A stretch of DNA of 64,000 bases from contig NC_042998.1 in the NCBI RefSeq assembly GCF_006345805.1, positions 160,456,001 through 160,520,000 on the forward strand. The letters are read 5' to 3'. A program made the position numbers and the translations under genes. Numbering within the stretch: position 1 is the first letter of the stretch; the number at the start of each line of letters is the position of its first letter. The notes beneath the pieces are model-generated. The model made no database searches. It saw only the letters and a list, made by a program, of their open reading frames with translations, and had not been told where the DNA came from. This document shows, one piece after another, positions 1-12,370 of the stretch. This DNA is from Octopus sinensis. Taxonomy: Eukaryota.

Positions 1-1182
1 GTTGATAGTTTCCGTTACCTAGGTGACCAAGTCAGCAGCGGGGGGGGGGGTGGGTGTGCTGAAAGTGTAACTGCTAGAGTAAGAATAGCTTGGGCAAAGT
101 TCAGAGAGCTCTTACCTCTGCTGGTGACAAAGGCCTCTCGCAGAGTGAAAGGCAGACTGTATGATGCGTGTGTACGAACAGCCATGCTACATGGCAGTGA
201 AACATGGGCCGTGACTGCTGAGGATATGCGTAAGCTCGCTAGAAATGAAGCCAGTATGCTCCGAGGATGTGTAATGCCGTGTACTCACAATCGGCAGAGT
301 GTAAGTACCTTGAGAGAAAAGCTGGACCTAAGAAGCATCAGTTGTGGTGTGCAAGAGAGACGTTTGCGCTGGTATGGTCATGTGGCGAGAATGGATGAAG
401 ATAGTTGTGTGAAAAAGTGCCACACCCTAGCGGTTGAGGGAACCTGTGGAAGAGGCAGACCCAGGAAAACCTGGGACGAGGTGGTGAAGCACGACCTTCG
501 AACTTTAGGTCTCACTGAGGAAATGACTAGAGACCGAGACCTCTGGAAGTGTGCTGTGCGCGAGAAGACCCGCAGGACAAGTGAGTCCACAACCCGTGGC
601 CTTCTACATGGGATGGAGCCAGCCTATGTATGCATACCTTCCCTTCTTGGGACACAAAACTCTACTTGTGAAGACGTGTTGAGGCAAGTGAGGATCAGAA
701 TCGAAATCGATCAATGGAAATTGCGGATGTGCTACCAGTGCCGGTGGCATGTCGAAACTCTGCTTGTGAAGACCCATTGAGGCAAGTGAGGATCAGAATG
801 GAAATCGATCAATGGAAATTGCAGATGTGTTACCAGTGCCGGTGGCATGTAAGAGAACTTTCCGTTTCGCGACCGTTGCCAGCACCGCCCCGTTTCGTGT
901 CCGTTGCCAGCCTCGCCTGGCCCTCGTGCCGGTGGCACATAAAAAGCACCATCCGTTCGTGGCCGTTTGCCAGCTCTGTCTGGCACCAGTGCGGGTGGCA
1001 CGTAAAAAGCACCACTACACTCACGGAGTGGTTGGCGTTAGGAAGGGCATCCAGCCGTAGAAACACTGAAACACTGCCAGATTTGACTGGGCCTGATGAA
1101 GCCTTCTGGCTTCACAGACCCCAGTAGAACCGTCCAACCCATGCTAGCATGGAAAACGGACGCTAAATGATGATGATGATGA
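1..1182 (+). mobile_element. RTE-clade non-LTR retrotransposon, 3' part (RT C-terminus, 3' UTR, (GAT)n tail)
   Basis: Translation VDSFRYLGDQVSS..CAESVTARVRIAWAKFRELLPLL..KGRLYDACVRTAMLHGSETW..RRLRWYGHVARMDED..VEGTCGRGRPRKTW is typical RTE RT thumb. Frameshift in the poly-G run at about 40-50. Ends GGACGCTAAATGATGATGATGATG at about 1158-1182. CpGs retained, so relatively young. Truncated by the window edge. Confidence 0.92.
658..855 (+). repeat. 98-bp tandem duplication in the RTE 3' UTR
   Basis: AACTCT(A/G)CTTGTGAAGAC..GAGGCAAGTGAGGATCAGAAT..CCAGTGCCGGTGGCATG starts at 658 and again at 756. Confidence 0.9.
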
Positions 1183-2040
1183 AAGAAGGAGATGAAAGTC
1201 CCTGGCTAATTATTAATTCTGCCATAATTCTGTTTCAGAAAGCCTAAATCCTACAGGAAATCAACAAACATCTTATCTTATCTTGTACTTATTTAGGAGA
1301 TTTAGAATATTCAGACATTCTGAGAAGGATTTGAACATACATAATTTATCATACACAAACTTCTTTCATTTAACTGTTTTTTTATTCAATTGGAAAGAAA
1401 AAAGGAGGAAGTTGATTTGAATTTATTTTACCAAATATACAATTCTTTATATATATTAAGAGTACTTTATAGAGATTATGTAGAAAAATTAATTTTTTTA
1501 TCTAATGTGATAACACTTTACTCTCCTACTCTTTGATTAATTATTAATTTTTAATTGTAGTTTTTTAAATATAGCATATTTTTAAAGGCTTTTTCTGCCC
1601 CACTGAACAGATTTTAATAGATGAAGTAGATATAGTGACAATTAGTTTAGTAATCCGTATATGGGATTTGGTAGGAAATTGTCAATTGATACAGCTAGGT
1701 CAACTGATTGTTGATTGAGAGATAAAACTTCACCCTAAATTGACATGTTTAAACAATTTACAGACATTGCATATCAACCAGTAATCTCACTATTGTTATC
1801 TTATATTTAATTTTGGAAGCATCTGTTCCAATATGTGGTTCTTGATTGAAGTATGCTTGTCTGTTTGATGAGAGAAATTACTTTGGTTCATTGAACAAAG
1901 TGAGTCACTTCATAGAAGCTCTCTTACTATCTCCAAATAGATAAAATCTATGGTAAAGGATATTTTTACTTTGAAATTACATTGAATTTGCCTAATATAG
2001 TAATACAATTGGATTAACATTTTGTATGGAATTTAGAAAA

Positions 2041-2240
2041 TACTAATTCTATTCCTGACCTGGTGGCAGTGCCCAGCAAAACGGAGTCTTCTGGCTCTGA
2101 CCATCTCTGATATTGGTCAACCTCTGTTGCTATTCAATATCCAGTGTGTGCTGGAGTAAGCAGTTGTAGCATTCTGTATAGTTCTTCCTGCAATGATTTT
2201 GTCAGGGTCCAAGTTCTGTATCCATAAAGTAGTGTGGCCA
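2041..2240 (-). mobile_element. Old RTE-like LINE RT remnant
   Basis: Minus-strand translation gives LLYGYRTWTLTKSLQEEL (about 2179-2232) and MVRARRLRFAGHCHQ (about 2060-2104), matching LYGxETWTL and RRLRxAGH motifs. Confidence 0.65.
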
Positions 2241-2810
2241 CAGGAGCAAAGATTGACCAGCTGCAATATATATTGACAGACTAGTGATCAACTATAGCCT
2301 ATCAGTTCCCGAGTTGAAGCTAGCAGTGGAGGAAACAGGCTATTAGAGGGATGTCTGTGTAGATTGAGAAAACTTTATCTAAAGAAGAAGAAAAAATGCT
2401 ATTATGTTTGTACATAGCCATATACATTGATACCCCACCCCACACACACACTCTTCAAGAACTGTACATATCATCAAAATTTTTCCCATCATGTTAGATA
2501 GATTGTCATTGTCTGAATCAGTTCTTATTCAGAATAGGTTGGGGTACTTGGCCTTAATAAAATGTTCTAGTTTTGTGTTCTAGCTTCTGTGTCTGGATAC
2601 CCTCTCTGACATCAATCTTGTAGCATATACTGTCAGCTTATTCATGGCACCAGCATTACATAGTCTTGTTGGGGAAATAGCAACCTAAAGAGTCCTCTTG
2701 ACTTTACATTGCCTCCAGTCACTGGCCTAGAAATTTAGAGTCTGTATGGATACGTGTGTGTGTGCATGCATTAATAAGAATTGTATGCATATATATTTGT
2801 ATTTGTGTTG

Positions 2811-3180
2811 TCATCGTTTAACGTCCGCTTTCCATGTTGGATTGGGTTGGACGGTTTGACTGAGGACTGGAGAGCCAGAGGCTGCACCAGGCTCAATCTG
2901 ATCTGGCAATGTTTGTACAGCTGGGTGCCCTTCCTAATGCCAGCCACTTTTTGCCAGTGCTTTTTATGTGCCACCAGCACGAGGGCCTGTCAGGCGGTTC
3001 TGGTAACGACCATGCTCAAAAGGTGTTTTTTTGTGCTACCTGCATGGGAGCCAGTCCGGTGGCATTGGTAACGACCACACTTGAATGTTGTTTTTCACAT
3101 GCCACCAGCACATGTGCCAGTAAGGCGATGCTGGCAATGATCACGCTCGAATGGTGTTTTTTACTTGTCACCGGCAAGTG
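2811..3180 (-). mobile_element. RTE-type 3' UTR fragment or RTE-dependent SINE tail
   Basis: Reverse complement of the 1020-1182 tail (GGGTGCCCTTCCTAATGCCAGCCAC; TCATCGTTTAACGTCCGCTTTCCATG) plus repeated TTTTTATGTGCCACC units. Confidence 0.85.
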
Positions 3181-3205
3181 TTTTGTTTAAATGCTATATT
3201 TTAGT

Positions 3206-3588
3206 GGGAAGCACTCCGTCGGTTATGATGACGAGGGTTCCGGTTGATCCGAATCAACGGAACAGCCTGCTCGTGAAATTAACGTGTAAGTGGCTGAGCA
3301 CTCCACAGACACGTATACCCTTAACGTAGTTCTTGGGGATATTCAGCGTGACACAGAGAGTGACAAGGCCGCCCTTTGAAATACAGGTACAACAGAAACA
3401 GGAAGTAAGAGTGAGAGAAAGTTGTGGTGAAAGAGTATAGCAGGGATCACCACCATCCCCTGCTGGAGCCTCGTGGAGCTTTAGGTGTTTTCGCTCAATA
3501 AACACTCACAACGCCCGATCTGGGAATCGAAACCGCGATCCTATGACCACGAGTCCACTGCCCTAACCACTGGGCCATTGTGCCTCCA
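3206..3588 (-). mobile_element. Full-length young tRNA-derived SINE with target-site duplication
   Basis: Minus-strand head GGAGGCACAATGGCCCAGTGGTTAGGGC (A box) and GGTTTCGATTCCC (B box). CpG-rich body. Flanks CTATATTTTAGT (3194-3205) and CTATAATTTAGT (3589-3600) form a 12-bp TSD with one mismatch. Confidence 0.88.
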
Positions 3589-4489
3589 CTATAATTTAGT
3601 ACTGATTATATCTACAGATTTTAGCCAATACTGTATGTAGCAGACAGATATAATCACCTTGTCTTTAAGTACAATATCCTTGTGGATAGAAAAAGAGGGA
3701 TCAGCTGGACTAGCTGTAATCTTGTATTGCGATTTTATTCATGAATGTGTACTCCCTTTAACTGCCTATACAGGTACTCTTTATAAACACTCTAAGAGTT
3801 TCAGTGAATTGGAGGGACTCATTTGCATATATATATATATGTCCATGTGTATACAATCACATTAGCTTGTTAAATCTTGTTAGCAAAATGGAAGGAAAAG
3901 CAGATGCAAAATTAATTATACATATAAATACATTCATATATAAATACATCATTAAGTGGGACACAGCAAAGTGTAACATGCCACCATGATCAGGCTCAGT
4001 TGTGGGTCCCACACCCCACTCCTGTATCCAGTGTAGTATGACATGGGATACCAAAATCTAAACAGGCTAGAGTGTGAAATACAAGCCAAGTAATAGTAAA
4101 ACTAAGTAGAAAACAGATGGGGTATTCAAAGCTTTATAGAACATGCACATGTTTCAATGAAGTGCTGAAAGAATTACATGACTCTACTGGAAATATTATG
4201 CAATCATACAAACACCTCATTGGTGTTCTACCATAAATGAGACTGAATCTGAAAGCACATGTTTGAAAAGTGGTGAACTTCTCAACCACACAGATATGTG
4301 TGTGTGTATGTGTGTGTGCATGCATACGTGTATGTGTATATATGCATGTATAGTTAGCTTTCTGCGATTTTCATCTATCAAATTCACTCACAAAACATTG
4401 GTTAGCTTGATGCTTTGCAATGAGACTGAACCCCAAACCAATTAGTTACAAAGCTCACTTTTAACCACATAGCCATGCCTCAGTGACTG

Positions 4490-4492
4490 AGT

Positions 4493-4552
<60 letters not shown>
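4490..4552. repeat. (GA)n microsatellite
   Basis: Near-pure GA run, directly visible. Confidence 0.95.
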
Positions 4553-4554
<2 letters not shown>

Positions 4555-5360
4555 AAACGTTGCATCCAATTTGAGACAGAAAAGAGGAAGTTTCCCTTCT
4601 GTGATTTCAACTGTTGTTGATTACACTGCAGAGTATCTGCCATCTTCTCTTATGTATTTCATCATCTACATAAACATCGAGTCAAGTTTTGTATAGGGAT
4701 CATTGCATATTTAAATTTATGAATTAACAATAGTGTAATAGGCAACATGATTGCTTGGCAAGCGTTAGCTTCCCAGTTCAAGTCCCATCACTGACTTGGT
4801 TTCTCTTTTCTGTCAGAAATTGATGCCTATAAATGTCTAATATCAATTACATAAGAAGTCTTAATGGTTTCTGTTAGAGACGTTTATATCGTTAGTAGAT
4901 CAATTAGTTAGATTAGGAAATGGGATTGGATGTTGATCCGATACATGCCAAAATAAATACATAAATAAAAGAAAGAAAGAATGAATGACTGAATGAATAA
5001 ATAAATAAATGAAATATGCAGTCGCCATTAATATGGCACTTCAAAATGACACTGTTGGTGTCTTCTTCAAACAAGCCAGCATCACACGAAGTGGGATAGA
5101 ATAACACTCAAACCATTGGATAATAAATAATGTGTTTATCACACATAGAGTTCTTACACACACACACAAACACACACACTCTCTCTCTCTCTCAGATACA
5201 TAAGCAATTAGATGAACATGAAAGCAAACATGCATGCTCGCACACTTGCACAAAAAGCTCATATAGGCATGCGCATGCACACACATGCACATATGTGTAA
5301 ACAGGGAATTAAATAAACATGAATACGATCATGCATGTATGCATATGGATCCACAAATAC

Positions 5361-5403
<43 letters not shown>

Positions 5404-7052
5404 CATACATACATGTATTCATGTATGTGCCCGCACACATGCACAGAGCTTTACACAGGCAATTAGATAAACATGAATACAGACACATCCTCATACATGT
5501 TAACTGTCGTATATAAACTTATACAAGTCATGCTTACATACACGCGCACAAACACATACAAATACATGCCCACACACACACAAATATACAAATATACGCA
5601 CACAAGCATATACACATACACGCACACATGCACACAGAGGATGCTAAATCTGAAACACACCATTCATCAAATACTAATTTTCAGTTCTAATCTCTTGCCG
5701 GGCCACCCAAACTGTATTTAGTTGGTTTGATAGATAGCCGTGGAGAGCATAGACATTTTCACTTATCCTTCATTTACTTCCTCTCTTCATCTCTCCTCTT
5801 TCTCTCTCCCTCCTTCTCTGTTGGCTTTCATTGTCTCTAGTTGTCTTCTCAATCAATTTCAACTGCTTTCTTATTTGTGTAGACGGCCAAAGGGTTGGAC
5901 ATATGGATTATCAGCAATAACTATTCACAATGTAGTCTTTGAAGATGGCTTTTGTGTATGCGTACGTGTGTTTGTGCTTGTGTGTTTCACTCTGTGTCTC
6001 CTTGTGTTCATGTGCGTATGTGTGTGGTTGCATTTGTGACTCTATGTATATATATGAGAGAGAGAGAGCGAGAGAGAGAGAGACTGTATGTGGCTGATTG
6101 TGTGTGTGTGTGCCTGTGTCTTTGTATGTGGCCGGTGTTTGTGACTGTGTTTGTGTGGGTATGGCCTCTCTTTGTATTCTCATTTTTAAAATAAAATATA
6201 TAAACAAAATGAAAAATATTTAAATAATTAATTAAATAAATAAATAAATAAAGAAGGAAAAATCCTAATGAGACGCTAACATGAGAGAATTCCTCATTTT
6301 TGTTGCCAGTAAGTCTAGTTTGAAATATCGGAGTGGATGGGTGAAAACTTTTAGACAAGAGTCTGGTTGAAATTTTGAAAACAATAACATGTGTTGTGTT
6401 TGAAGTGTTGGGGTGGTAGCGATTGTGGTGGTCATGGTGGTGATTATGATGTTGGCAGTGATTGTGATTGTGATGGGGTGGGATTGCTGGTATTTTATTG
6501 TGTATATATTTATATATATATTTGTTTGTTTCTTAAAGATTCTAACTTCCTGGTTTGGCTTCAGTGGTTTTATAATTAATTAATTATGATTCATGAAGTT
6601 TGAACAGATATTGCCACCCATCTCCAAGAAAAATAGGTGAAGGGGATAATGCAACACTAATGTTCTTTATATATATGATATTTCTGGTTCCACACACCAA
6701 GTTTGTCATTTTGTGGAGGGAATGTGTAATTTTTTTTTTTATTCTTTGCTTCTTTCCTTTTCTTTATAATTGTTTGTGTGTGGTAGCAATACATGATTTA
6801 GGATGCAACAAACTCACATTCCTTGGTTTCCCAGTCAAGTTAATAGATCTCTTTTGTAAACATGTCCACAATCCTAGGAATGTCATTTCTGCTAGAGGAA
6901 AGGATCCCTAGTAATCCTTCAGAATAGATCTTCACCTAATTAATATTTATTATAATTTCCAACATGGGCATAATGACCCACATTTTGGGAAGAGGTGATA
7001 GGAATTAAATCAATGTCATTCAAGGTATTTTGCACACAAAGGTCTATTGATT

Positions 7053-7070
7053 TTAATAATAATAATAATG

Positions 7071-7113
<43 letters not shown>

Positions 7114-7135
7114 TGATGATAATAATAATAATAGC
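7053..7135. repeat. (AAT)n microsatellite abutting the RLE retroelement fragment
   Basis: AATAATAAT run with occasional GAT/CAA units. Confidence 0.95.
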
Positions 7136-7157
7136 AACAACAACTACTATAATGATG

Positions 7158-7984
7158 ATTCAAGTGGATAGGAATATTGAATGCAACAAGCCAGATGTTA
7201 CAGTAATAGACAAGGAAAATTGAATTTATTTACTGATTGATCCATCATGTTCATTTGATACTAGGATTGTGAAGGAAGCAGATCGGAAGCTGAAAAATAC
7301 AGCCCTTTAAAATTTGAGATTGTGAGGATTTGGAACATAAAGTCTCTAAAGATGGTACCAATGATAGCACTGTGTAACGCAATTTTTGTCCTTGGGTAGC
7401 AACTGTTATTTCTTATTTGCTTACCCCTAGAAACTACAAAAAATAGCTAATATTTTCTTCAAACTTTGCTTTTGTTGAATTTATTAAAATGTCAAAGAAT
7501 CTCTTGCAACACATGGCTATTATGCTCACCCACTACTTCTGCTCATGATTAGAGATGCACATATCATCAGCCACTAAGGGACAGGCTCAAGTGGTTATAG
7601 TCAAGCATCTTAACAAACAAATCCGTGATACTGAGCAGAATATTTGTTATAAAGATATTTCTGCTTCAACAACACAGTGCTGAAGCTGTCTGTAATGTAA
7701 TGGAAAATAAGTCAGTTTCAAAACATTGATGTTCAAGTGACAAAAGCAAAGTTTGAAGGGAATAGTAGCCATTTCTTTTGATTTCTAAATAGAAGCAAAT
7801 TGGCAATTACACTTACAGTCCAAAGACAAAAAAAATCAAAATTTTGTTACACAGTGTAATTGGTGCATTGGGAACTGTGAGTGATGAAATAGACAAATAA
7901 ATAAAGGAGATTGGAATGGAATATTCTGTAGAGACTCTACTGAAGGTTTGCCTCTTAGGAACTGGAACGATCATCAAATATTAA
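7158..7984 (+). mobile_element. RLE-endonuclease non-LTR retrotransposon C-terminal remnant (R2/R4/NeSL-like), split by a DNA transposon
   Basis: IQVDRNIECNKPDVTVIDKEN*IYLLIDPSC..EKYSPLKFEIVRIWNIKSLKMVPMI (7158-7366) resumes as IGALGTVSDEIDK*IKEIGMEYSVETLLKVCLLGTGTII (7859-7984). Fits the xPD..D..KY..L..EI..IW..PxxIGALG..LLGT pattern of restriction-like endonucleases. Confidence 0.8.
7368..7856. mobile_element. Tc1/mariner-type non-autonomous element inside the RLE remnant
   Basis: Ends CACTGTGTAACGCAATTTT and AAAATTTTGTTACACAGTG are inverted repeats. TA on both sides (7365-66 with one extra G, and 7857-58). Removal restores the PMI-IGALG reading frame. Confidence 0.75.
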
Positions 7985-8644
7985 GAACTTAATGGCTCAT
8001 TGAAATCTTTTGGGTACTTGAAGTTACACCTATATATTCTGTGAAGAATAAGACCAATCCTGAGTCAAGTCGAATAATAACTCTTTTCGTTTTAAGCCAC
8101 AAGGACTCAAAATAAAAATAATAAGGATTTCTGGGAGAGAAATTGTATATTTGATTTAATTAAACCCCTAATCCAGGACTGATATCATCAATTTAGGAAG
8201 AATAAAAGCAAAGATGATTTTGACCAGATTTGAAGTCTTGTTTTTTTTTTTTTAATTTTTGTTTTAAGTTAATGGATTAAGGAATGTTACAAGGACAAAT
8301 TACAAAATTGGAGATTTGTATGGAACTGAGTATGAGAAAATAACCATAGCCCTCGGCTAACCAAAGCCGTGTGAATAAGTATATATATTTCTTTGTTTGT
8401 GTGTGTGTTTGTCCCCTTCCCCTACTACTGCTTGACAACTGGTACTGATGTGTTTACATCCCAGTAACTTAACAGTTTGGCAAAACAGACCAATAAAATA
8501 AGTACCAGGCTTCAAAAACAAGTACTAGGATTGATACATTTGACTAAAGAAGTTGTTCAAGGTGGTGCTCCAGCATGGCCACAATCTAATGACTGAAACA
8601 CGTAAAAGATTATATATATATATATATTATATATATATATATAT

Positions 8645-8939
8645 AGTATAAAGGATCGTGGGTAAGGTCAAAACAATGCGAAGTAAATGCAAGGTAAATC
8701 ACAAGAAAACACATATGTGAATTAATGTAGACTTACCTTGTATTCAATATTTGGGGGTTATGACACTATTTTCAAGAAATTGATGAATGTTGCCCAACAT
8801 TCTCAATTTCTTGAAAATTGGGTCATAACCCTGAAATATTGAATACAAGGTAAGTCTACATTAATTCACATATGTGTTTTCTTGTGATTTACCTTGCATT
8901 TACTTCGCATTGTTTTGACCTTACCATGATCCTTAATAC
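8645..8939. repeat. ~295-bp palindromic (fold-back) element between TA-rich repeats
   Basis: 8661-8752 is the exact reverse complement of 8833-8924. Centre at AATGTTG-CC-CAACATT (8793/8794). Confidence 0.93.
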
Positions 8940-9180
8940 AATATATTCTACACAATGCTTCATAGTAATTATTTCATTATAATATATATATATATGTATG
9001 TGTGTATATGTATATATATGTGTATGTATATATGTATGTGTGTATATATATATATGTGTATATGTATATATATGTGTATGTATATGTGTGTATGTATATA
9101 TATATATATATACACACACACAGATACCCACGTGTGTATATGTCTATCTATCTATCTATCTATCTATCTATTTATCTATC

Positions 9181-9214
<34 letters not shown>

Positions 9215-9218
<4 letters not shown>

Positions 9219-9783
9219 CTTGACCGAGCAGTCCGTCAGGCATCCAGTTGACACCGCTGGTCACAGCATGCTGTCCACTCCTCTCTGGATAACGCCTTTC
9301 TCATCCATGTGATCCCAATCGTCCTCCTGAAATCGTAACTCCACTGTCATGGAGGCCTTCTGGGTGGTTGTTTCCACTCGCGCCGGTACCACTCGACAAC
9401 TGCGCAAGTCCACCGATTATCGGTGAGCTGGGCGATGCGTCCAGCCCATCTAAACTTGCTGCATGTATACTCTGCGATGACATCCCTCATGCCAGACTTC
9501 TTTCTGATGATCTCGCTACTGATGTGCTCTCTCAATGAGATACCAAGCATTGACCTTTCCTTGGCTCTTTGATGCACCACCGACATAGCTCTGCTGTCAT
9601 CACCCATACGAGTGCTGGCCGAGAAGGGAGTGAAGCAAGGAGATACGATCTCTCCAAAACTTTTTACCGCATGCCTCGAACAGATCATCAGAGGCATTGA
9701 CTAGCAAGGCGGTGTCAACATCAATGGCGAGCTCCTCACCCACCTCCGTTTCACAGACAACATCGTACTCATCGCTGAAACAA
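9215..9783 (-). mobile_element. RTE LINE fragment with an inverted 5' segment
   Basis: Minus 9697 to about 9250: QRAKERSMLGISLREHI..KFRWAGRIAQLTDNRW..EWYRREWKQPPRRPP. Plus 9704-9783: QGGVNINGELLTHLRFTDNIVLIAE, the decayed RT FADD motif in the opposite orientation. Confidence 0.8.
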
Positions 9784-9976
9784 TGGATATATATACATAT
9801 ATACCAGAGTAAGCACTTAAATGTGAAACAAGGTGAAAAAAAAAAGTACTCGAATACCGGAAGTAGATTAATATGCTTTTTTAAAAAAGCACCAAAATCA
9901 TCACAAAAACTGGAGCTTATAGAAGACCAATGAAATGTAATCTTTACCATTCAGAAAAGTTATATATATATACACA

Positions 9977-10179
9977 CAGGGTTGGCCAAAAGCCACCGAA
10001 CAGTAAATTAAAATTCCATAAATACTTAATATTCAATTTTATTTTTTCATGCCAATTATGAATGTTTTTTCAACATTTGTTTATTTATTAGTGAAGTCTC
10101 ATATAAAATAATTTTTTTGTTTTAATTTTGGAATTAAATGGGTTTTGGTTTATTGTCAGGTGACTTTTGGCCAACCCTG
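9977..10179. mobile_element. Tc1/mariner-type MITE
   Basis: TIRs CAGGGTTGGCCAAAAGCCACC / GGTGACTTTTGGCCAACCCTG. TA follows the right end; the left flank reads CA. Confidence 0.85.
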
Positions 10180-10775
10180 TATTTATGCATGTTTATATGT
10201 TGATGTGTATGTGTGTGTGTGTATGTATGTGTGAATGTCTGTTTATAAACACAGCTGCCTGTGCAATTGACATTTTTTTTGTTTGTGTTTTTGCTTTCTG
10301 GATTATTGATTTCAAAATTTTCTTTGGAGTGTACCTGTTGCTATTATGCTTGCTGTTAGCATCTCTTCCAGCTGCTCCAGCAGAAGCTATATTAAGTTAT
10401 AAGTAAATACTATTTCCAAAAATAAAATAACATAGAAAGGTTCGAAGGACAAGATTTATTTGTTCCACCTTAAGTTATCATGTGGTCAGACATTCTGAAG
10501 TCTCTAGTTCACAAAATGATAAATTCTTTGATTGCTTTAAGGGTGATGAATGAGAAGCATTTTGATTATGAAAATAATAGTAATAATTGTTTTAAATTTT
10601 GGTGCAAGGCCAGCAGTTTTAGGTGTGGAGGTGGGAGTTTAGTCACATCAACCCTAGTTTGTTATTTATTTTATCAACCCTGAGAGGATGAAAGGCAAAT
10701 TTGACCTTGATGGGAATAGAACTTAGAACTTGAAGAGATGCTGCTAAGCAGTTTGTCTGATGTATTAATGATGTC

Positions 10776-10819
<44 letters not shown>

Positions 10820-11037
10820 TCCTTTCTACCAGAGGCACAAGGCCTGAAACTTTGAGGGAACGGGCTAGTCGATTACATTGACCCCAGTGTATAACTGGTA
10901 CTTATTTCATCAACCCTGAAAGGATGAAAGACAAAGTCTACCTCGGTGGAATTTGAACTCAGAATGTAAAGACTGATGAAATACCACTAAGCATTTTGCC
11001 CAGCATGCTAACGATTCTGCCAGTTCATTGCTCCAGC

Positions 11038-11068
<31 letters not shown>

Positions 11069-11104
11069 ATAATAATTATAATTACACACAGACACACACA
11101 TACA

Positions 11105-11560
11105 CACATGCGCTGATGCAATATGAGACACTGACTCTCATGGCTTCTAATGTCAACCAATTGGAAGTGTTATCATGTACATGTTTTGTCTTGGTGTAGA
11201 AGATAGGCTATAGCAAATATTCTGCTCAATACCACAAATTTGCTTTTCAGTTGTTTGACCGTAACCATTTCAGCATGTTCCTTGGTGGCTGGTGATATGT
11301 GCATCTCTGATCATGAGTAGAAGTAGTCGGGGAGCATCATAGCCATGTGTTGAAAGCAATTCTTTGGGGTTTGAATCATTCACCTCTGGAAACATGGGTG
11401 TTTTGTTCGTCATCCTTAAACAAACCTTATTCAGGGACCTTTTGAGTGGGATGGGTTACTCTACGTGAAGAAAATTCTAACTGGGCTCCACCTGTAAGTT
11501 CATGTGCTGTTTATCTTGATATAAGATCACCATGTCATGTACATATGGTTGTGATGCATA
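11105..11560. mobile_element. Unclassified interspersed repeat (inverted partial copy at about 7500-7680)
   Basis: GATATGTGCATCTCTGATCATGAGTAGAAGTAG..ATAGCCATGTGTTG at about 11295-11352 is the reverse complement of CAACACATGGCTAT..CTACTTCTGCTCATGATTAGAGATGCACATATC at about 7508-7565. Confidence 0.7.
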
Positions 11561-12187
11561 TGCCTGGTGTACAGGTAGTCATGATGGGTATATTGGACTT
11601 CGTATATTTGCACTCCAGTTTCACCTTGATGGCATGTGCTGCTCTCAATAATAATAATAATGGTTTGCAATTTAGGCATAAGGCCAGAAATTTTGAGGTC
11701 AGAGGTAAGCTGGTACTGTTGACCCTAGTACTTGACTGGTACTTTATTGACTCTGGAAGAATGAAAGGCAAAATTGACCTTGGTAGAATTTCAATCTAGA
11801 TTGTAAAGAACTGGGAAAAAATACCACAATGCATTTTTTTCTGATGCTCTGCTGATTCTGCAAATCTAAGATGAGGATGTGAATAAATTCAAAAGTGTTG
11901 GATAGAAGATAAATTAAAACAAATCAACTGGAACTGTAGAAGGAACTCTCAAATGAACCAGTTGCATGAAAGTATCATGGTATATTTAAATTCACTCAAA
12001 TTGGAAAAATAGCAGAAGGTTGAAATTAGTAACATTCAGAGCCAGAGGAAATTGGTTTCTACAAATATTAATCCACAGGAGATTTAATAGAAAAGTCATG
12101 TGAGTTGATTGTGTGATGAAGAGTGAAATAATCCAATGTTTTGATTATAATCTGATGTTTTCTATTGGAAAGCAACAACACAAAAAT

Positions 12188-12370
12188 ACAGTGTGGAATT
12201 CTGTCTTACAAAGACACCAGGAGATAGCACAGAATCTAATTTTCTGTGACAAAAATGACAATAGCATATTAATTATTGATGCAGCAATACCAAATGACCA
12301 TAATGTTGTGCAGAACTGAGTTGAAGCACTAAAGTATTATTATCCAAAATTAGCTGTTGAATTAAAAACA
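12188..12370 (+). mobile_element. Second RLE-endonuclease retroelement remnant
   Basis: TVWNSVLQRHQEIAQNLIFCDKNDNSILIIDAAIPNDHNVVQN*VEALKY..LAVELK resembles the W..(PD)..DK..IID.AIP.D.N..E..KY..LA.E pattern. Confidence 0.6.

Noticed and set aside
1093-1130. CTGATGA followed by a GAAGCC-TTCT-GGCTTC hairpin, resembling a hammerhead start
   Set aside because: No GAAA after the stem, and sister copies of this RTE tail (e.g. about 60745) read CTGATGCAGC, so it is not a conserved core.
6281-6308. ATG-initiated MREFLIFVA followed by a GTAAGT donor (signal-peptide-like first exon)
   Set aside because: Only 28 nt, no promoter evidence and no convincing in-phase downstream exon; expected by chance in AT-rich DNA.
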